NCBI GenBank assembly: GCA_965204375.1
Contig: OZ241986.1
Coordinates: 3,136,001-3,200,000, forward strand
Direction of reading: 5' to 3'
DNA length: 64,000 bases
Source: Candidatus Latescibacterota bacterium
GTDB taxonomy: Bacteria; Latescibacterota; UBA2968
A program made the position numbers and the translations under genes. Below the pieces are notes generated by a model, which searched no databases, was not told the origin of the DNA, and worked only from the letters and a program-made list of their open reading frames with translations. Positions 60,233-64,000 of this stretch are shown one piece after another. Positions within the stretch are counted from its first letter, which is position 1, and the number at the start of each line of letters is the position of its first letter.

Positions 60233-61999
60233 GTGAGACGTTTTTACCGCGTATGCTTTATACTGGGGTTAACATTTGGCCTGGCTGGTTTTGCCCATGC
60301 ACAAACAGACCCGGCACAAGCTGACTTTGATGGCAATGGAAAGGTTGAATTTGCCGACTTCCTCCAGTTTGTCGCTCTTTTCGGCAAGACTTCAGCAGAC
60401 CCAGAGTTTGATAGCAGGATGGATTTTGATGGCAATGGAGCAATTGAATTTCCCGATTTTCTCCAGTTTGTATCCGTTTTCGGGCAATCATCTGGGATAA
60501 CCCCTGCAGCTCCTACCCCTACACTCGCAGTAGAAAGCAACATGTCCATTGCCCTAAGTTGGGCAGCTATTGCTAATGCAACAGGTTATAATGTAGAGCG
60601 CAGAATGCAGGGTTTGTCCGACTTCACAACTGTTGCTGAAAATGTGACTGGTACAAGTTACACAGATACCGGTCTGGTTCCCGGAACCGACTATACTTAT
60701 CGCATTGTGGTCATCAGTGCTGCAGGTCCTTCGGAACCAGGTTCAGTTGCTATGGCAATGACCACACCTTCGGGCATGGCATCTGGTATGCCCGAAGTCC
60801 TCACAGGCATGATCACCTCTGATCGCCTGCTCACATCCGACAAATACTATCTCCTGTCCGGCGCAGTCTTCATACAAGACGGTGCCACCCTCACAATCGA
60901 ACCCGGCACACAGATTTTCGGTGAAGGTGCGACAAACGGCACGCTCATCGTCGCGCAAGGCGGCAAACTCATGGCCGATGGCACAGCCAGCAGACCGATC
61001 GTCTTTACCTCTGACGCGGTAGAAGGCCAAAGAGACCGCGGACAATGGGGTGGCCTGATCATCAATGGCCGCGCCCCCGTCAACACAGGGGCTGTCGCAC
61101 AAGGCGAAGGCGACACAGGCACTTATGGCGGCTCTGACCCAACGGACAATAGCGGCGTTCTGCGCTACGTCCGCGTCGAGTTCGCCGGCATTGAATTCTC
61201 ACCCGACAACGAACTCAACGGCATCGCATTCCAGGGCGTCGGCTCTGGCACAGTCGTTGAATACGTCCAGGTTCACTACAACCAGGACGACGGCATCGAA
61301 TTCTTCGGTGGCACAGTCAATGCCAAATACCTCTACTGCACAGGCATCCGAGATGACTCTTTCGACTGGACAGACGGATGGACAGGCAAAGGACAATTCT
61401 GGGTCGCACAGCAGCGCGGCGACGACGCTGACAACGGATTTGAATCTGACAACGAAGGTGACAACAACGAAGCCATGCCAAGATCCAATCCCACCATCTA
61501 CAACGTGACCCTCGTCGGCGATCCCAACGGTCCCGAATCTGACACAGGTCTCTTACTGCGCGAAGGCACAGCAGGAACCTTGCGCAACTTCATAGTAATA
61601 GGCTTCAACAAGGGTGGACTCGACATTGATACTGGCTCCTCAATCCAACTGGCCAACAGTGGTGAATTGTCGGTACAGAACACCATCTTCTACAACAACA
61701 AGGTCGATGGCACACCTGGCAACTTTGAGGTTGATGACGATGAGATTGACGAAGCGGCCTGGGCGAGAATGCCTTCTTTCAACAATGCTGAAGTTGATCC
61801 CATGTTGATGGCACCCTACAGTCAATCTACGCCCGACTTCACACCCGAGTCTAATTCTCCTGCTGCTGATGGTACAGTGCCTGTGGCATCGCCTCCCGAC
61901 GATGGATTTTTCACATCTGTCAACTTTATCGGTGGCGTTGATCCCCTGAGAAATTGGTTGGCCGGCTGGACGACCAATGAAAGACCCGCAGGTCAGTAA
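60233..61999 (+). CDS. Secreted protein: dockerin/EF-hand pair, FN3 and beta-helix domain
   Basis: Signal peptide; DFDGNG.VEF.DFLQFV twice; FN3 (W..GYNV..YTDTGL.PGT.YTYR); GQWGGL...DNSGVLRYVR...NELNG...DDGIEFFGG. Confidence 0.82.
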   Translation: MRRFYRVCFILGLTFGLAGFAHAQTDPAQADFDGNGKVEFADFLQFVALFGKTSADPEFDSRMDFDGNGAIEFPDFLQFVSVFGQSSGITPAAPTPTLAVESNMSIALSWAAIANATGYNVERRMQGLSDFTTVAENVTGTSYTDTGLVPGTDYTYRIVVISAAGPSEPGSVAMAMTTPSGMASGMPEVLTGMITSDRLLTSDKYYLLSGAVFIQDGATLTIEPGTQIFGEGATNGTLIVAQGGKLMADGTASRPIVFTSDAVEGQRDRGQWGGLIINGRAPVNTGAVAQGEGDTGTYGGSDPTDNSGVLRYVRVEFAGIEFSPDNELNGIAFQGVGSGTVVEYVQVHYNQDDGIEFFGGTVNAKYLYCTGIRDDSFDWTDGWTGKGQFWVAQQRGDDADNGFESDNEGDNNEAMPRSNPTIYNVTLVGDPNGPESDTGLLLREGTAGTLRNFIVIGFNKGGLDIDTGSSIQLANSGELSVQNTIFYNNKVDGTPGNFEVDDDEIDEAAWARMPSFNNAEVDPMLMAPYSQSTPDFTPESNSPAADGTVPVASPPDDGFFTSVNFIGGVDPLRNWLAGWTTNERPAGQ

Positions 62000-62019
62000 A
62001 GCTGACACTGCAGATTCAC

Positions 62020-62059
62020 AAAAAGGTCGGATGGATTTATGCCCATCCGACCTTTTTTT
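62020..62059 (+). terminator. Intrinsic terminator
   Basis: AAAAAGGTCGGATGG...CCATCCGACCTTTTTTT. Confidence 0.9.
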
Positions 62060-62141
62060 CTGGAATCATAGACTTTGAAAATTAAAATTGTTATATTTTT
62101 TAGCTTAAAGAATCACTCCTGTGAAAGGATTGAAGTATCAC

Positions 62142-62621
62142 ATGAAATGTCTTAAACTTATTGTTGCATGCTGCACACTTGTCATGTGCGCCTGCGGTGA
62201 CGCCACATTGAAACGCGGATATGGCGAAACGCCCGAAGATCTGGGACGCGCCGTTGTTGCGGCACTCAACGCCAAATCTGCCGAAAAACTCTTCCACCTG
62301 CGCGTAGATAAAGACCAGTACATCGACGAACTCTGGCCCCAATTTTCATCGCCGGGCATGACGGGTGAATTTGCCTGGAGCAACCTCAACAAAAGAAACT
62401 TGAAAGGCATCCCAAAGTGGGTGGAAAATTACGGCGGCAAAAATTACGCCTTTGTACGCATTCGGTTCACCAGACCCACGCGCGACTACAAAACATTTAA
62501 ACTGCGCGGAGGTACCGTACTCACCGTCAAAACGCCCGAAGGCAAAGAACGCGATCTGCACATCCTGGGTTCTGTTGTCGAAAAAGAGCAATACTACCGT
62601 TTATTGAGTTATGACGACTAA
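62142..62621 (+). CDS. Putative lipoprotein
   Basis: MKCLKLIVACCTLVMCA-C lipobox-like signal. Confidence 0.7.
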   Translation: MKCLKLIVACCTLVMCACGDATLKRGYGETPEDLGRAVVAALNAKSAEKLFHLRVDKDQYIDELWPQFSSPGMTGEFAWSNLNKRNLKGIPKWVENYGGKNYAFVRIRFTRPTRDYKTFKLRGGTVLTVKTPEGKERDLHILGSVVEKEQYYRLLSYDD

Positions 62622-63564
62622 CTTCTCAAAAATCTCTTTTCCCGGGCTGGTGTGTGCAAGCATCAGCCTATTTTTTTTATTTTGGACAAACTCCTTTGCC
62701 CAACTCTACACCCCCGATCGCGTCCCCAGGCTCATTGATGATCTACCCGTCTTTTTTAAACCCCTCGAAATTCAACTCCTATCCGACACATCCGATGGTC
62801 TTCTCAACTCATTTACGCTGCTCGATGCCGGTCTAATTGCTTCTGGCGCCACCACTCCGGTATCTCTTTCTCAAAATCGCCGCCGCTTCAAACACCTCCA
62901 ACAACACGCGCTCTTATCCATCCCCTACCTCCTGCACACCGAACACAGAGCAGCCGAACTTTTTTTTTATCTTCACCGGCAAATTCTCCGTCGATTTGAA
63001 ACCCGCCCCGTCACGCTACTTGACCTCTGGGTACGCGGGCGCTACAACTGTATCACAGCCTCCTATCTCTATTTTGTATTCGCCCGTCGCTATGACCTGC
63101 CCGTTGCAGTTGTCGAAACCCCAATGCACGCTTATGTTCGTCTCAATACCCGTCCATCCCTCGCACTTGAACTCACACTCCCCAAACGCGGATTTGGCTT
63201 TTCACAGACCCGCGACGATGTACTTTCAAATCTGCTCAACGCAGGTCTGATCACACCTTATGACCTATCAACATCCGGTATAGATGCGCTATTTGAAGCG
63301 TATCGAGAACGCCAACGCATCCTGACACCCGTGCAAATTCTCGCCGTATTTTTCTACAATCGCGCCCTTGCCGCTTATGAACACCGCGACATGCCTTATG
63401 CATTCCAATATGCCTTAGCCGCTCACCTCATCCATCCAGAAGATGCGCGATATCGGCGCCTCACCTACGACTTTGCCCGCGCCTATGCCACAGCCCTTCG
63501 CCGCGACGAGGAAACCGAAAATCTCCAAGCGGTAATGGCCTTTTTGAAGGGCTTTGTACCATAG
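62611..63564 (+). CDS. Hypothetical exported protein (transglutaminase-like Cys/His plus TPR-like C-terminus)
   Basis: Signal-like N-terminus, RYNC..., P.HAY, YNRA helical repeat. Confidence 0.6.
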   Translation: MTTNFSKISFPGLVCASISLFFLFWTNSFAQLYTPDRVPRLIDDLPVFFKPLEIQLLSDTSDGLLNSFTLLDAGLIASGATTPVSLSQNRRRFKHLQQHALLSIPYLLHTEHRAAELFFYLHRQILRRFETRPVTLLDLWVRGRYNCITASYLYFVFARRYDLPVAVVETPMHAYVRLNTRPSLALELTLPKRGFGFSQTRDDVLSNLLNAGLITPYDLSTSGIDALFEAYRERQRILTPVQILAVFFYNRALAAYEHRDMPYAFQYALAAHLIHPEDARYRRLTYDFARAYATALRRDEETENLQAVMAFLKGFVP

Positions 63565-63584
63565 GTAAAGACTGTTATTTTCAT

Positions 63585-63614
63585 TTGACAATCTGCCCCC
63601 CATCGCATTATAAT
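63585..63614 (+). promoter_or_regulatory. Sigma70 promoter of ppk1
   Basis: TTGACA, 18 bp spacer, TATAAT. Confidence 0.75.
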
Positions 63615-63661
63615 ACTGGACCTTTAACGCAATTCCGTTGCATCTTCCCCCGGAGTGTGTT

Positions 63662-64000
63662 ATGGACCTCGGAGATACCAGTCTCTATTTTAACAGAGAA
63701 CTTTCATGGCTGCGCTTTAATCAGCGCGTATTACAAGAAGCCCGTACCCCCGAAAATCCCCTGCTGGAACGGGTCAAATTCCTGGGCATTGTAGCCAACA
63801 ACCTCGACGAATTTTTTGAAGTGCGCGTAGCGGGACTGCTCCAGCAAGTAGAAGCGGGCATTTCCGATTACGGTCCCGATGGCCTCCTGCCCGAAGAACA
63901 AATTTCGGCCATTGCAAAAGAAGCCCATCGCATGGTCGATGAGCAATACGCCTGCTGGAATGATGAACTCCTTCCCGCATTGCGCGATGCAGATGTTCAC
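63662..64000 (+). CDS. ppk1: Polyphosphate kinase 1, runs off the window edge (absent from the ORF track)
   Basis: Manual translation MDLGDTSLYFNRELSWLRFNQRVLQEA...PLLERVKFLGIVANNLDEFFEVRVAGL; GGAG RBS. Confidence 0.95.
   Translation, partial: MDLGDTSLYFNRELSWLRFNQRVLQEARTPENPLLERVKFLGIVANNLDEFFEVRVAGLLQQVEAGISDYGPDGLLPEEQISAIAKEAHRMVDEQYACWNDELLPALRDADVH

Noticed and set aside
63731-64000. Minus-strand ORFs at the right edge
   Set aside because: Antisense to ppk1, which has the conserved NRELSW and NLDEFF motifs.

Overview
A gene-dense 64 kb chromosomal window from a diderm bacterium, probably of the FCB superphylum. The Latescibacterota/Gemmatimonadota-like placement is an inference from the PorV-like protein, T9SS-type C-terminal domain, dockerin/EF-hand repeats, two sulfatases and PhyH. 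The left half is mostly catabolic: sulfatases, a CehA/McbA hydrolase, iolD, PhyH, glycosylasparaginase, SDR, ABC transporters and a fucose-isomerase-like/Gfo/uxuA operon. It also holds a solitary infA with an Arg-rich tail and an AT-rich type II restriction-modification module whose endonuclease is fused to a C-protein-like HTH. The right half has a TonB receptor / T9SS-CTD protein / PorV-like triad, cox accessory genes, and a phosphate locus (porin-pstSCAB-phoU, a divergent TonB receptor and beta-helix surface protein, then ppk1). Strongest unannotated signals: (1) four arrays of TGTAAC-like hexamers at exact 11-bp spacing (Pho-box-like); one lies just downstream of phoU and points at a short C/U-rich segment ending in tandem terminators, a candidate phosphate-regulated sRNA; (2) a family of modular, often inverted, short-tandem-repeat elements that abut stop and start codons; (3) a C-box-like palindrome over the -10 of the methyltransferase promoter. 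I recognised no tRNA, rRNA, CRISPR array or transposase. All calls were made by eye, with no database searches.
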